Shown: positions 1 through 9,693 of the stretch, piece by piece | Layout of the letters: each line of letters opens with the position of its first letter | How positions within the stretch are numbered: the first letter of the stretch is position 1 | DNA from: a virus | Length of the DNA: 64,000 nucleotides | Reading direction: 5' to 3' (one strand) | Virus record (IMG/VR): IMGVR_UViG_3300029429_000001 | Coordinates: 1-64,000 of that record | Notes under the pieces: model-generated | Seen by the model: the letters and a program-made list of their open reading frames with translations, nothing else | Told to the model about the DNA's origin: nothing | Databases searched by the model: none | Translations under genes and position numbers: made by a program

Positions 1-334
1 CCCTCAGGTTAACGTGATACTGCGCTTTAATTGGCCACTCGCACTCTTCATCCGATTCGATATGGATCAAGCCTGAGTCCACATAGGCAGGCCAGGGGGA
101 ACCGGTCCGATCGATCGCCAGGATAAAATCACGCTCAGAAAAAGACACGGCGAATCCATTAGCCGCGTCACTTTCAACGATCAAAACACTTTGCAGTGCT
201 CCTACCCTGGATTGGAACTCGCCCAAGGCCTTGTATAAAAGTCCCTTTAACAAAGTATCGCCGTCTTCACCATCGATGAGCAGCAACGGGGTAATTAGCC
301 CCTTTGCTGAATCTAATAACTCACTGGGAGTCAT
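1..334 (-). CDS. pmgC: P1 PmgC-like head-tail adaptor (3' end beyond window)
   Basis: Not in the ORF track. ATG at 334 overlaps the bplB stop (TGATG); MTPSELLDSAKGLITPLL...LLYKALGEFQSRVG resembles the P1 PmgC N-terminus; synteny. Confidence 0.65.
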   Translation of the reverse strand, partial: MTPSELLDSAKGLITPLLLIDGEDGDTLLKGLLYKALGEFQSRVGALQSVLIVESDAANGFAVSFSERDFILAIDRTGSPWPAYVDSGLIHIESDEECEWPIKAQYHVNLR

Positions 335-807
335 CAGACTTTTTCACACCAGCTGTAAGTGATCACGATACTGCGTAATGCTGCAGTGCCGGCACCACCT
401 GTATCAAGATCTCCAGCGTCAGCTTTAAGAATGCAGTGCAGCATCTCGAAGCCTTTTTCTTCGTATCCTTCACCTTTACGGATCAAACGAACTTTGACGT
501 ATGTGCGGCTATTGATCAGCTCCCACAATTTATCTTCAACACGGCCGTCGCGTAATTCGACAATGCCGGCTGTAATCTCGCCGTTGCGTTTGATAGGTCC
601 ATACTGGTGATAAGTAAGGCCATGGGCGCCGATATCTTCTAACGGCTCACCACGGCTTATTTCAGGCAGCTGAGCAGTACGAATTAAGGGGGCGAATTGC
701 TCCATCCCTTCAATAAGCATCTCAAAATCTGCCTGAGTCGCACGCTCTCCCATTGCGACGTTACTATTGAAAGCCTGGGTTAGCAGGCTTACGTTTGCTT
801 CAGCCAT
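334..807 (-). CDS. bplB: Tail tube protein (P1 BplB-like)
   Basis: GER..ADF, LIRTAQLPEISR..EDIGAHG..HQYGPIKRNGEI and C-terminal ITYSW motifs match P1 BplB. Confidence 0.85.
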   Translation of the reverse strand: MAEANVSLLTQAFNSNVAMGERATQADFEMLIEGMEQFAPLIRTAQLPEISRGEPLEDIGAHGLTYHQYGPIKRNGEITAGIVELRDGRVEDKLWELINSRTYVKVRLIRKGEGYEEKGFEMLHCILKADAGDLDTGGAGTAALRSIVITYSWCEKV

Positions 808-828
808 GAACGGCTCCTTTTACTACTG

Positions 829-1476
829 TTACCCGAAAGTGGATTCGATATCGCGCTCGTTTAAGGCGGTATCAGATTGAATGCTGAGCGTTACGGTCGC
901 GTGCAACATGTGGCCGCCGATATCGACAGGACCCGAGAGGGGAACGGAAACCGATTCCAGTTTGCATTTGTCATAGAGAACATTTGTTCCTATGTTTAGC
1001 ATCACCGAACCTGGTGGACTCCCGAATTTGAAGGTCTCGCCCTCGCTCTCAGAAAGCTCTCCAGGGGCGCGCTCGTTAAGGTTGGCCGAGGCCATCTTTT
1101 CAAGCGCAATAATCGCTTTTGTCACTTCCTCCCGGGCGTCCTTCATGGCCACTAATTCGATTACCAGGGGATATGAATGAGGCTGTTGCCCCTTCCATAC
1201 TTGCTGGCTATTAAAAGTGGTCACGGTGGTCACATCTAAATGGGTTTGAGCCAGTGCGGCTGCAGCTGAATAATCCGTTCCATCGGCGTTGGCACCTTCA
1301 AAAGGTGAATCCCAATTACTCTGCAGCTCGCGACTTGTACCCTCGGCAATCAAACCAACCACACAGACTTCACCAGCCATCACCCAAGCCTTCACATAGC
1401 GTGAAGTTTTTTCATCCTTGAACCCCACCACAGTAGGTGGGAGCTTGTTGTAAATTATGGTGGTTTGCTTTGCCAT
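829..1476 (-). CDS. pmgG: Tail tube initiator/baseplate protein (P1 PmgG-like)
   Basis: VGLIAEG..QSNWDSPF motif; position between gp21-like and bplB. Confidence 0.65.
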   Translation of the reverse strand: MAKQTTIIYNKLPPTVVGFKDEKTSRYVKAWVMAGEVCVVGLIAEGTSRELQSNWDSPFEGANADGTDYSAAAALAQTHLDVTTVTTFNSQQVWKGQQPHSYPLVIELVAMKDAREEVTKAIIALEKMASANLNERAPGELSESEGETFKFGSPPGSVMLNIGTNVLYDKCKLESVSVPLSGPVDIGGHMLHATVTLSIQSDTALNERDIESTFG

Positions 1477-1483
1477 GGCTTAT

Positions 1484-2194
1484 TTAGATGCCCCGTGCTT
1501 TGCGCATTTTCATCGACTTAGCACGTTTCATTTTCGCCTTGGACGTATTCGACTTACGGCGTGCCTTTTTAAGGCCTGCCTTTTGAGCGCTGGATAAGCG
1601 CTTCTTTTTAAGTGGTTTACGAACCATTTTGAACTTGCCGTTAACGACTCGCTTAACCTTGGCCGCATCGAGAATGATTCCCTCCTCTAGGTTTTCAGCT
1701 ACCGCAAAGCGACAGATCAAACCAGCGTCATCAAGTACCTGGGAATCCATCCCCTTGGATAAAGCAGCGCCCATAGCAGCGCCTTTTTTATCGTCTTCAC
1801 CTTCGATGAATTCTTTAATCTGATCTTTATCGGCACCAAGCTCAGCAAACGCCTCGCAAGTGGCCTCGATCATATCGTTGTAAATATCCTCCTCATCCTC
1901 GGACACTTCACCATCACCATCCACATCGGCAGCGCCTTGCATAAGAGCGTCGATCGCAGAAAAACTGTAATCATCGCCCTCAATAAAGGTTAAAGCTGCA
2001 GCCATGGCCATGCTGCGAACAGAGGCAGAACCAAAGTCCTCAGCAGCGGCATCTAAAATCTCCTCAGAGATAACAACCGGGTCCACTTCACCTTCACCGC
2101 CAGTAGAAGAGTCCAGAATGGGCTCCTCTACAACAGGCTTAGGCTTCAGAAAAACACGGCTGCGTTGCTGCAGGTCTCCTGAAATTACACTCAT
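1484..2194 (-). CDS. P1 gp21-like protein (acidic body, very basic C-terminus; probable prohead core protein)
   Basis: KKKRLSSAQKAGLKKARRK tail as in P1 gp21; synteny after sheath; four [IV]LD motifs. Confidence 0.8.
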   Translation of the reverse strand: MSVISGDLQQRSRVFLKPKPVVEEPILDSSTGGEGEVDPVVISEEILDAAAEDFGSASVRSMAMAAALTFIEGDDYSFSAIDALMQGAADVDGDGEVSEDEEDIYNDMIEATCEAFAELGADKDQIKEFIEGEDDKKGAAMGAALSKGMDSQVLDDAGLICRFAVAENLEEGIILDAAKVKRVVNGKFKMVRKPLKKKRLSSAQKAGLKKARRKSNTSKAKMKRAKSMKMRKARGI

Positions 2195-2203
2195 TTAATT
2201 ACC

Positions 2204-3754
2204 TTACTTAGCCTGGCGAAATTGCACGCCCATTCGTCGCGTTGTACCGCCAACTTTGGAGTGAATTGCAATGTGGAAATAATCACTCTCGGGATGAGTG
2301 ATAATGATCTCGTATGGCACATCCAGGGAGTTAGGCTGGACCAAAGATTTAGAATCGAAGTAACGCTGAATAACGTCTTTCGCCAAGTCTTGCAGTGCCT
2401 TTAAAGTATTACCTTCAGGTGCAAAACGCTGGCTATCGATAGCTGAAGTCATGTCATAAGCCATGGCAGCGATTACCGCGCCGGTAGCTTCAAACTTGAA
2501 ATCGTCATCTTTAGGGGACATAGATAGGCAATCATTTACATAAATGCCTTGTGCCGTAGTGTTTAGGCGAGCATTGAAAAGCTCGTCGGGTGTTGCCTTG
2601 CCTGCGAAATGCAACGGTTTAACACCGCCACGACCAACCCGGCCACGTTCTTTACCTGCAGGTACAAACAACCATCCAGCGACGGAAGCTGCAGAGGTAG
2701 GAAGCGCAACACATTTAGCCTTGTTTGCAGTTTGGGCACCTGAAAGGCCCCACAAAGATTGACCGCCATAAACGGCATCATTGGCAAAATAAGGGTAATG
2801 ATAGGCACGGGATAACCAGCCCACAGGGGCATTGGCAGCTAGCCAAATAATGGCATCGGCTTCGGTTTTATACGGGGGCGCATCGAAACGGAATTCAGCC
2901 AGGCGCGCATCACAGATATCTTGAGCTTTCTGCAGAACAGTCGCTTCATAAATACCGGCAGCAAAACCCGCACGCCATGCAAGATCACCAGAATCAAGCA
3001 GCTCCCAAGCCGTAACATAATCAGCTGCAACCAGGTCGGTAATAGTACCGCCAGTGCCGCCAATAAAGTTGGACTCAAGAATGCCAAGCTCCAGCAGATT
3101 AACCGCGGGATCGACAATACATTCGTATCCGTAGCCGTTGTCAGAAAGAATACTCGGCAGGTATTTAGCCAGGCCTCGATCATCTTTTGCGTCAACTTCA
3201 GTACTGGCTGAGATTGTTTTGCCAATTTGCACGTCACTGGTACCAGAGGTATCCATGAACGCCAGGTCAAACGTCTTAGCTGCAGCGTCAACATTTGAAA
3301 TCAAAACCTTAACGTCTGTAGAAGCGTCGCCATTGGTTGGCCAAATAGTTAACCAGGAACTAGCCGGCTCAGTCGGGTCCGTGCCGAATGCTACAGCCGC
3401 AGTAACCACAGCCTCATCGTCGCCATCACTATCAGTGATAAACGAGGTCACTGGGTAACGTGCATCAGCAGGCGCTACACGCACTAGATCAACGTACAAA
3501 GAACCGTTTAAGGCGTCGGCTACATGGCGCAATCCTTCGGCATGTTCACCCTCGCGCATGTGCAATGGTTTGCCACAGATAGCCTCGAAGTCATCAGCAG
3601 TCACTCGGAACGGGCGACCAACTGGACCACGGGACATAACCGCCACAGCTGCAGACGGAACAGCAGAACCGGAACCGCTTGAAGTAGGCGAGGCAGTCGG
3701 TTTAAAAACCGTAATGCCTGGACCTTGGGTTAGTGTTGTATTGAAATCAGACAT
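2204..3754 (-). CDS. Tail sheath protein (P1 gp22-like)
   Basis: 516 aa; RGPVGRP, FIGGTGG, PAGKERG sheath motifs; follows capsid gene. Confidence 0.85.
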   Translation of the reverse strand: MSDFNTTLTQGPGITVFKPTASPTSSGSGSAVPSAAVAVMSRGPVGRPFRVTADDFEAICGKPLHMREGEHAEGLRHVADALNGSLYVDLVRVAPADARYPVTSFITDSDGDDEAVVTAAVAFGTDPTEPASSWLTIWPTNGDASTDVKVLISNVDAAAKTFDLAFMDTSGTSDVQIGKTISASTEVDAKDDRGLAKYLPSILSDNGYGYECIVDPAVNLLELGILESNFIGGTGGTITDLVAADYVTAWELLDSGDLAWRAGFAAGIYEATVLQKAQDICDARLAEFRFDAPPYKTEADAIIWLAANAPVGWLSRAYHYPYFANDAVYGGQSLWGLSGAQTANKAKCVALPTSAASVAGWLFVPAGKERGRVGRGGVKPLHFAGKATPDELFNARLNTTAQGIYVNDCLSMSPKDDDFKFEATGAVIAAMAYDMTSAIDSQRFAPEGNTLKALQDLAKDVIQRYFDSKSLVQPNSLDVPYEIIITHPESDYFHIAIHSKVGGTTRRMGVQFRQAK

Positions 3755-4050
3755 TATTCCTTAATCTCCTCAACACTCAGGTATTTCTTGGCATCGATAT
3801 CGTCTGCTAGAAGCGCATACTCGGCCTCAGTCAGATCAACAAAACCACCAGGAGAAATACTGCGGCCAATACCAGTACCCGTTACAGGCTTACGCCCGGT
3901 AGAGTTATTGCTCACACGGAAACCCGCCAGCACAGTACCGAACTCAGCAGTTTCAGCCGCTTGAGCCAGGGCAATTTGCTCTTGCTTTTCAGCTGCAGGC
4001 TTGCCGGCTGCTTTTTTATCAACTGCCTTTTTTTCAGTCGCTTTAGTCAT
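3754..4050 (-). CDS. Hypothetical protein between capsid and sheath
   Basis: Probable start MTKATEKK at 4050 with GGTGA RBS. Confidence 0.6.
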   Translation of the reverse strand: MTKATEKKAVDKKAAGKPAAEKQEQIALAQAAETAEFGTVLAGFRVSNNSTGRKPVTGTGIGRSISPGGFVDLTEAEYALLADDIDAKKYLSVEEIKE

Positions 4051-4108
4051 CTCTTCACCTAATAATGAAACTTGAATCCCCCTCCAGGGAGGGGGCACAG
4101 CTGGCGGA

Positions 4109-5674
4109 TTACTGCTCGCCAGTAGTGGTCAAGTTGAAGGTGATTAGAGAAACGAAATCGCGACCCTTGTACGGGTGCATATCGCGCACGGCTAGCTCGT
4201 ACAAAGTGTTTTCGTTGCGAAGATTTTTGTATGCAACAACGTGTTTCATCGCGATTGCTGGGATAGCGTCGCCAACGATCAAACCTGAATCGCCGTGATC
4301 GGTGCCCTTGGCAACCATCATCATCTCCATTTCACCCATTTGCGGCGCGAACTTCACGGTGTAACGACCGAATAAACGACCAACAACGTGTGGCTGTGCG
4401 ATTTCTACATAGTTAGCAACCATTGTGAATTCGCCGGCAGGAAGGATCTCAAGGAAGTTCTTGATAGCGCGACCAACATAAAGAGACTTACCGCCTGCTT
4501 TTTTGTTGTTCTTGATCTGCTCAGAGCTAACCTTGGCTAGGAATGAACGCAGAGTACGCATGTGCTCAACGGTAGAGTCAGCGCCAGATACAGGCGGCTT
4601 AAGGCCCCAAGTCCACTGGTCACGGGCAAATTTACGCATTAGGTAAATGTTGCGGCGATCTTTTTCAGCAGCCATGATGTTGGCAGCAGCGGCGATGTTC
4701 ATTGTGTCTTGGTTAAGACCCAATTCGCGTTGTAACTGCATACGCGCCTGGATAGTAGTAGAGCTCGCCAATACAGCTTCGTGCGGGCGCACAATGTAAG
4801 ACGTAACCTGGTGATCAACTAAAGGAATAATTTCCTCGTTGTTTTCTACCAAGATATCCGCTTTAACTTCAACCTTAAGGCCACTAGCAACAATGCCGGC
4901 GCCACTTAAAGTAACGGTGATATCGCCTGAAACGAAATTTTGAGACAGAGTGATATTGCCGCCGCCATGTGGACGAATAACATCGCCTTGGCCGCCGTCA
5001 AGATCGTGAACAAGCAATTCACCATCGATATAAACCATGGTGCGATGTGGTTTAATTTTGTTACCAAAGCTGGCTACAAAAGAGACTGCAGATCCATCGG
5101 TGGTACCAGCAAGTTTGATCTGGTCCATAGTGGAATATTGACCGGAGAAAAACTCATCGATCACGTCGCCTGCATTCAGATCACCAAAAGTGCTGCCGGC
5201 AACACGTTCAACGCGGAAAATTTCCGACTTGTCGAAGCCTGCAGGAATGTAAGTAACGTCATCACCAGTGATCTGGTTAAGAGTTTGTGGCAACTGTAGA
5301 GAAATCATGTGATCACGGAAGGGAATGCCGTCCGTAGAGTTCAACGTGCTATCCAGGATAGGGTTGTTGGTATCCATCACATTGGCAATAGAGTTAGCAA
5401 CAGAGGCTAGCAATTCCTGAGGAGGCTCAGTGCCGTTATCCAAAACGTAGTTACGGATAGCGTTAGCGCCAATGCGAGCGGCATGCTCACCGTTTTCACC
5501 CATCTGTGAAAAGATACCATGGCTAACAGCCTTGGAAATATTGCCTTCAACTTCGGCGCTATCAGTGATCAGGGTGCCATCGTCGTTTTGCTGAGAGTCT
5601 AGGACGGTCTCAGAAATGGTACCTGCCAACTCCGCAATTTTCTTTTTGCGTGCGTTGTATTCTTCTTGGCTCAT
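4109..5674 (-). CDS. Major capsid protein (P1 gp23-like)
   Basis: 521 aa; EIFRVERVAGSTFGD, QYSTMDQ, QRELGL, GDAIPA motifs; GGAGA RBS; late promoter upstream. Confidence 0.9.
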   Translation of the reverse strand: MSQEEYNARKKKIAELAGTISETVLDSQQNDDGTLITDSAEVEGNISKAVSHGIFSQMGENGEHAARIGANAIRNYVLDNGTEPPQELLASVANSIANVMDTNNPILDSTLNSTDGIPFRDHMISLQLPQTLNQITGDDVTYIPAGFDKSEIFRVERVAGSTFGDLNAGDVIDEFFSGQYSTMDQIKLAGTTDGSAVSFVASFGNKIKPHRTMVYIDGELLVHDLDGGQGDVIRPHGGGNITLSQNFVSGDITVTLSGAGIVASGLKVEVKADILVENNEEIIPLVDHQVTSYIVRPHEAVLASSTTIQARMQLQRELGLNQDTMNIAAAANIMAAEKDRRNIYLMRKFARDQWTWGLKPPVSGADSTVEHMRTLRSFLAKVSSEQIKNNKKAGGKSLYVGRAIKNFLEILPAGEFTMVANYVEIAQPHVVGRLFGRYTVKFAPQMGEMEMMMVAKGTDHGDSGLIVGDAIPAIAMKHVVAYKNLRNENTLYELAVRDMHPYKGRDFVSLITFNLTTTGEQ

Positions 5675-5722
5675 TGTGCGTTTTCTCCGGCTATTATTAA
5701 CGAATTCGTGTTACCGATCGCT

Positions 5723-5772
5723 AAATTAACCGAAGCGCAAGCGCTATTTTGTACCGTCGAATGTGTGTTATT
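5723..5772 (-). promoter_or_regulatory. Late promoter (capsid/tail operon): AATAACACACATTCG-N29-TAATTT
   Basis: Same box and spacing at four late operons. Confidence 0.75.
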
Positions 5773-5779
5773 TTTGAGC

Positions 5780-5803
5780 AAAAAAAAGGGGCGAAAAGCC
5801 CTC
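5780..5803 (-). terminator. Rho-independent terminator of baseplate operon
   Basis: GGGC-TTTTC-GCCC hairpin followed by T-run on minus strand. Confidence 0.75.
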
Positions 5804-5861
5804 TTAATAAAATACCCAGATAATGATAAAAACCCCTATTTTTATAGAGTTAAACCCTCCC

Positions 5862-6746
5862 CTAGCCGCTCTTAAGTTTGAATGTGGTGAACTTGCTAGC
5901 CAGCTCAGCCAGGGAGGCGGCAATAATAACCGTCACGGTACCCGACACATACAAAGTTGGGTCAGTACCAGGTAACACACTATCCAACGTATCCGGATCT
6001 GTTTGAGGCTTAGTCATCCGGGCATACCAATCGCCACTTATAACGGCCTCAGGCTCAGCTATAAAGTTGTAAACTCCATTGCCGGCAAGCGAATCAATGA
6101 AATCCTGCAGATCATCGATCTCAGCTTGTACATCCGTTAGTGCGGTATCCAGATCTGCCAGGCTCGACTCGGCCTGCTCTTTTTTCTGCAGGGCCGCGGT
6201 AATGCTGCCGCTCATCTCAGCACCCAGCGACGGGAAAATATCCCCCAGGGTCACTGAGGTCCATTGGTTATCCGGAACGGGAATGGCGGCCGGTATGCTT
6301 GGGACACTGGCTGGCGGTTTAAGAGCGCTTAATGATGGGACCTTAATGAAGGCCTTAATCTCGCCCACAACTTTAGTGGTGGCGCTGGTAATCGCGTCCT
6401 TAGCTTCCTGAGCTTTGTTAATATCCGAGGCCACCGCCAGGTTAACAATCACTGCAGAGTAATCGCCTGGATTGCGAGGGGGCGCGCCGGCCGTATTCAA
6501 TATTCGAGAACTCCAGGACCCTTGCTCCGGAGGCAGCGTTAAATGATAAATGCCCGAGCTCGCAGCGTCCTCAGTGACAGAATCCACCAGCTTAAGAGCA
6601 TCGTCAGCCTCGCCAATGGAATCACTAAGGCGCGTCTTTTGCGCAGCCAGGGCAGCAATCTCGCCTTTAAGAGCATCTAGTTTTTTGTTTGTTTCTGCTA
6701 TCACGCCGGAAAAGGAATCGCTTAGCGTTTTACTACTCCAGCTCAT
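5862..6746 (-). CDS. Hypothetical baseplate-operon protein with internal duplication
   Basis: Probable start MSWSSKT (ATGA overlap with upstream gene); two similar halves. Confidence 0.65.
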   Translation of the reverse strand: MSWSSKTLSDSFSGVIAETNKKLDALKGEIAALAAQKTRLSDSIGEADDALKLVDSVTEDAASSGIYHLTLPPEQGSWSSRILNTAGAPPRNPGDYSAVIVNLAVASDINKAQEAKDAITSATTKVVGEIKAFIKVPSLSALKPPASVPSIPAAIPVPDNQWTSVTLGDIFPSLGAEMSGSITAALQKKEQAESSLADLDTALTDVQAEIDDLQDFIDSLAGNGVYNFIAEPEAVISGDWYARMTKPQTDPDTLDSVLPGTDPTLYVSGTVTVIIAASLAELASKFTTFKLKSG

Positions 6747-7228
6747 GCGATCGGCTCCGGGAATGGTGTGGGTACCGCAAGTGGTGGCATCGCCTCTATC
6801 ACGGTCCACACCAGGGACTTAACCACGCTTTCTATATTGGTTATGAATTCCAGGTATAGCGGTTCTTTGGCCACATCACCGATTGACGCTTGAATGGCGC
6901 CCTTGAATGCCGATACTTTGGCCGCGGCATCATTCACCACAGACACGGGGGCGCCACCATGGGAGCCATCCCCCACCAGGGCCACAGCTGCCCAGTAATC
7001 AGCATAACCTTGGGCCATCGCATCGATACTGGAAGTAGCCGACGTGACAGAGCGCAGAGCGCCTTCCAGCGCACCAACATCACCACCAGTATTAACCGCC
7101 CCAATCACCAAACCCTCTTTACCATAAGCGTCATAAGCCGCGGCAAATTCAGCCGGAAAATCTATGTTCCCCAGGTTAGGCAATAACGCCCCTATCTTTG
7201 CCGCGCATCCGGCCGGATCTAATGCCAT
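6743..7228 (-). CDS. Hypothetical spike-associated protein
   Basis: Translationally coupled directly downstream of the spike gene. Confidence 0.55.
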   Translation of the reverse strand: MALDPAGCAAKIGALLPNLGNIDFPAEFAAAYDAYGKEGLVIGAVNTGGDVGALEGALRSVTSATSSIDAMAQGYADYWAAVALVGDGSHGGAPVSVVNDAAAKVSAFKGAIQASIGDVAKEPLYLEFITNIESVVKSLVWTVIEAMPPLAVPTPFPEPIA

Positions 7229-8046
7229 TATTGTGTCCTGTTTTTAATCGAGTAGACGTTACCGCCTAGCAGTACTGCCGCAAAATCCACGGGACCATCA
7301 GAGGCCACCATAGGAGACGTGGGCGCGCCTAAATTGCCAATGTGTTTATGGTTTTCAAATATGGTTTTGAACATCTCAAAAAAAGCCGCCAGCATATCGC
7401 CTAGCACCATGGGCTCCAGGCCTTCTTTGCCCAGGTCGATCTTGGTACCGTGCACCTCGACCTCTTTTGCCGATTCGATTAGGGTTTTCTCTACCGAGCT
7501 CATGAACTGCTCTTTCTCGGAGTGATTAACCACCTGGCCCTCTTCGGTAATTTCAAAAGCGGTACCGGTACCACGATTAGTTACCCGGTATGCCCCGTCG
7601 CGCTCCATCTCGACAGTAAGGCCGCCAATGGTAATCACCCTTGCCTGGTTTGGTTCTTTGGCTGCCGGCTTAGGCTGCAGATCCGTTCGTTTGTGCTCAA
7701 GCTTTTCATCACCACCAAAAACATCATGTGGGACCAGGGGAATTTCATCAGGCGCAGCGTGCATGGCGCCTTTAATTCTCGGCCGCCTGGTATCAACTTC
7801 ACCATGGGACATAAACGGGAAATCAACCCACACCCAGTCTTCTATTTGAACTGGCGTAAAATCCCCCTCGTTTAATCTAAACCCAACAGGCAGCAAGTAA
7901 GTTGCCCACGGTAATAAATCCGGATCGGCGCCGGCTAATAGCTCAGGGATTTCCACCTGGACCATCAAAAATTTATCGGTACCGCCCACGGCCGTCACTC
8001 GAGCGATGTAATCAATGCCACGCTGGACCGCTATTATATTACTCAC
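7228..8046 (-). CDS. Baseplate central spike (P1 gp5/GpV-like)
   Basis: LPWATYLLP, WVWVDFP..DTRRPRI OB-fold motifs; apex HKH (ENHKHIGNLGAPT). Confidence 0.85.
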   Translation of the reverse strand: MSNIIAVQRGIDYIARVTAVGGTDKFLMVQVEIPELLAGADPDLLPWATYLLPVGFRLNEGDFTPVQIEDWVWVDFPFMSHGEVDTRRPRIKGAMHAAPDEIPLVPHDVFGGDEKLEHKRTDLQPKPAAKEPNQARVITIGGLTVEMERDGAYRVTNRGTGTAFEITEEGQVVNHSEKEQFMSSVEKTLIESAKEVEVHGTKIDLGKEGLEPMVLGDMLAAFFEMFKTIFENHKHIGNLGAPTSPMVASDGPVDFAAVLLGGNVYSIKNRTQ

Positions 8047-9028
8047 CAGGAACGCTCTCTTTTAAAGTGATTATGCGCTGGCTGTATTGACTGCCCTTTA
8101 CATGGTGCGCAACGGTACCCACCAGAACTGAAGTAGGCAGGGATTCATCTATGGGCGCGTCCGAATCACTCGGCCGATGCCATTCTGTGCTTAAGCGATC
8201 GCTAGGTTTAAGATCCGGGTTTGGCGCCGCTCGACTGGAGAACTCCAGGTCTTGTAAAAAGGTCCGATTAACCGCGGCTAAACTGGCCTCAGTTACCAGG
8301 CCAGTCATTAATGGCCGGCCGGTACCCGACTCCATAAAACCAGTGACCATATCCCAACCCATAGCCCGACGCTGGACCACCTCGCCGGCAACAGCAGAAT
8401 GACCGTGCACCACCAGCTCAGTAATAGACTCGGGTTTGAGCGCTTTGTTGTGGTAATACGTTGCCACCGGTTCAGCCGCCAGCAGATCATCAAAAGTTTT
8501 CAGGTACCAGATCCCCCGGCAATAGAATATCCGGGCGCCATTTTCGGCCGCTAATTTTCTTAGCAGTCGGCTAGGACGCATACCATCAAGTAGGTGATAA
8601 CCTGGACCCTCAGGGAGCGCAGAAGCCTCTAAGGTTTGAGCCTTTGTGATCGTATTGATCGTGTCCCCGGGAGGTGCTGGCGGATATATAACGCAGCCCT
8701 GAGAATGCCGCTTGATTATGGATACAGCCTCAGCAAGGCATTGGAGCCTAAGCGCACCATCACCAACCGCGTTTAGCTTTTCAATGATGAAAGTTTCTTC
8801 TAAAAATGTTTTATCGCGATCGCCTGGATCGGCAATAACCAAAGACAAAACCCCGTCATGTTCTTTAAATTTCCCTTTATCCCTGAGAATGCCGCCCATA
8901 TCGTGAAACGAGATAATTAACTTAGGACCCGACAGGTCCATGCTCTCAATGTAAGTGGCCTCGTTAACCCACTCCGGGGGAATGTTTATCTCATTGTATT
9001 TAATGCTTTGTATGAGCGCGTAATTCAT
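8039..9028 (-). CDS. Baseplate hub (P1 gp6-like)
   Basis: YIESMDLSGPKL, YHLLDGMRPSRLLR, IDESLP motifs; precedes spike. Confidence 0.75.
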   Translation of the reverse strand: MNYALIQSIKYNEINIPPEWVNEATYIESMDLSGPKLIISFHDMGGILRDKGKFKEHDGVLSLVIADPGDRDKTFLEETFIIEKLNAVGDGALRLQCLAEAVSIIKRHSQGCVIYPPAPPGDTINTITKAQTLEASALPEGPGYHLLDGMRPSRLLRKLAAENGARIFYCRGIWYLKTFDDLLAAEPVATYYHNKALKPESITELVVHGHSAVAGEVVQRRAMGWDMVTGFMESGTGRPLMTGLVTEASLAAVNRTFLQDLEFSSRAAPNPDLKPSDRLSTEWHRPSDSDAPIDESLPTSVLVGTVAHHVKGSQYSQRIITLKESVPGE

Positions 9029-9693
9029 CAGTCCACCTGCAAAATATCAAAACCGATTCGGATATCTTCAGGCGCATCAATTATGTGGCCATACAGACAC
9101 GGAACGTGCACGGTCACATCCGCACGCAAACCAAAAATCTTTTGCTCGGGCATGCTGATATCTGCAGCAAACAAACTCTTAGGATCAATTAAAAACCCTG
9201 TGGCCGTATGCTCTTTATCACCGACCATTAATTTCATAGGAATGTGGTGGTGGTTTTCTCTTTTGTTTGCCACATAAAAATGCCAACCCATCATGAGAGT
9301 TTCCACCGCCTCGCGATCGGTTGCGATGGCATAGATGGCATAGCTCATTTCTAACCAGGTAACACTAATTTTGGCATGAGAAAGCGCCGCCTCATTGAAT
9401 GTTTGAAGGCCTTGCACATTAACGGCCTCACTTGGGTCCAGGGTAGTGATTCCCCGGGCACGGCTATAAGCCATAACAGGCAAACGCTTACTGGTACCCT
9501 TGGACGCGGAGAGCTCCTTAAGAAATGCAGGCAGGTCGGCAGCCTCGGGCATGCGATACACAAACCCGGATGAATTCCTGCCCTTGAGACCATCTAGGCT
9601 TTCGTTTGAGGGGTTACTGATAGCGCGGACAGACTCCAGCACCATCTGCCCCATGCCGTAATCAGCAGAGGCTAGCGATGGGATAGAATTCAT
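9028..9693 (-). CDS. Tail terminator/stabiliser (P1 gp24-like)
   Basis: LPVMAYSR motif, size, synteny 7-24-6-5. Confidence 0.6.
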   Translation of the reverse strand: MNSIPSLASADYGMGQMVLESVRAISNPSNESLDGLKGRNSSGFVYRMPEAADLPAFLKELSASKGTSKRLPVMAYSRARGITTLDPSEAVNVQGLQTFNEAALSHAKISVTWLEMSYAIYAIATDREAVETLMMGWHFYVANKRENHHHIPMKLMVGDKEHTATGFLIDPKSLFAADISMPEQKIFGLRADVTVHVPCLYGHIIDAPEDIRIGFDILQVD

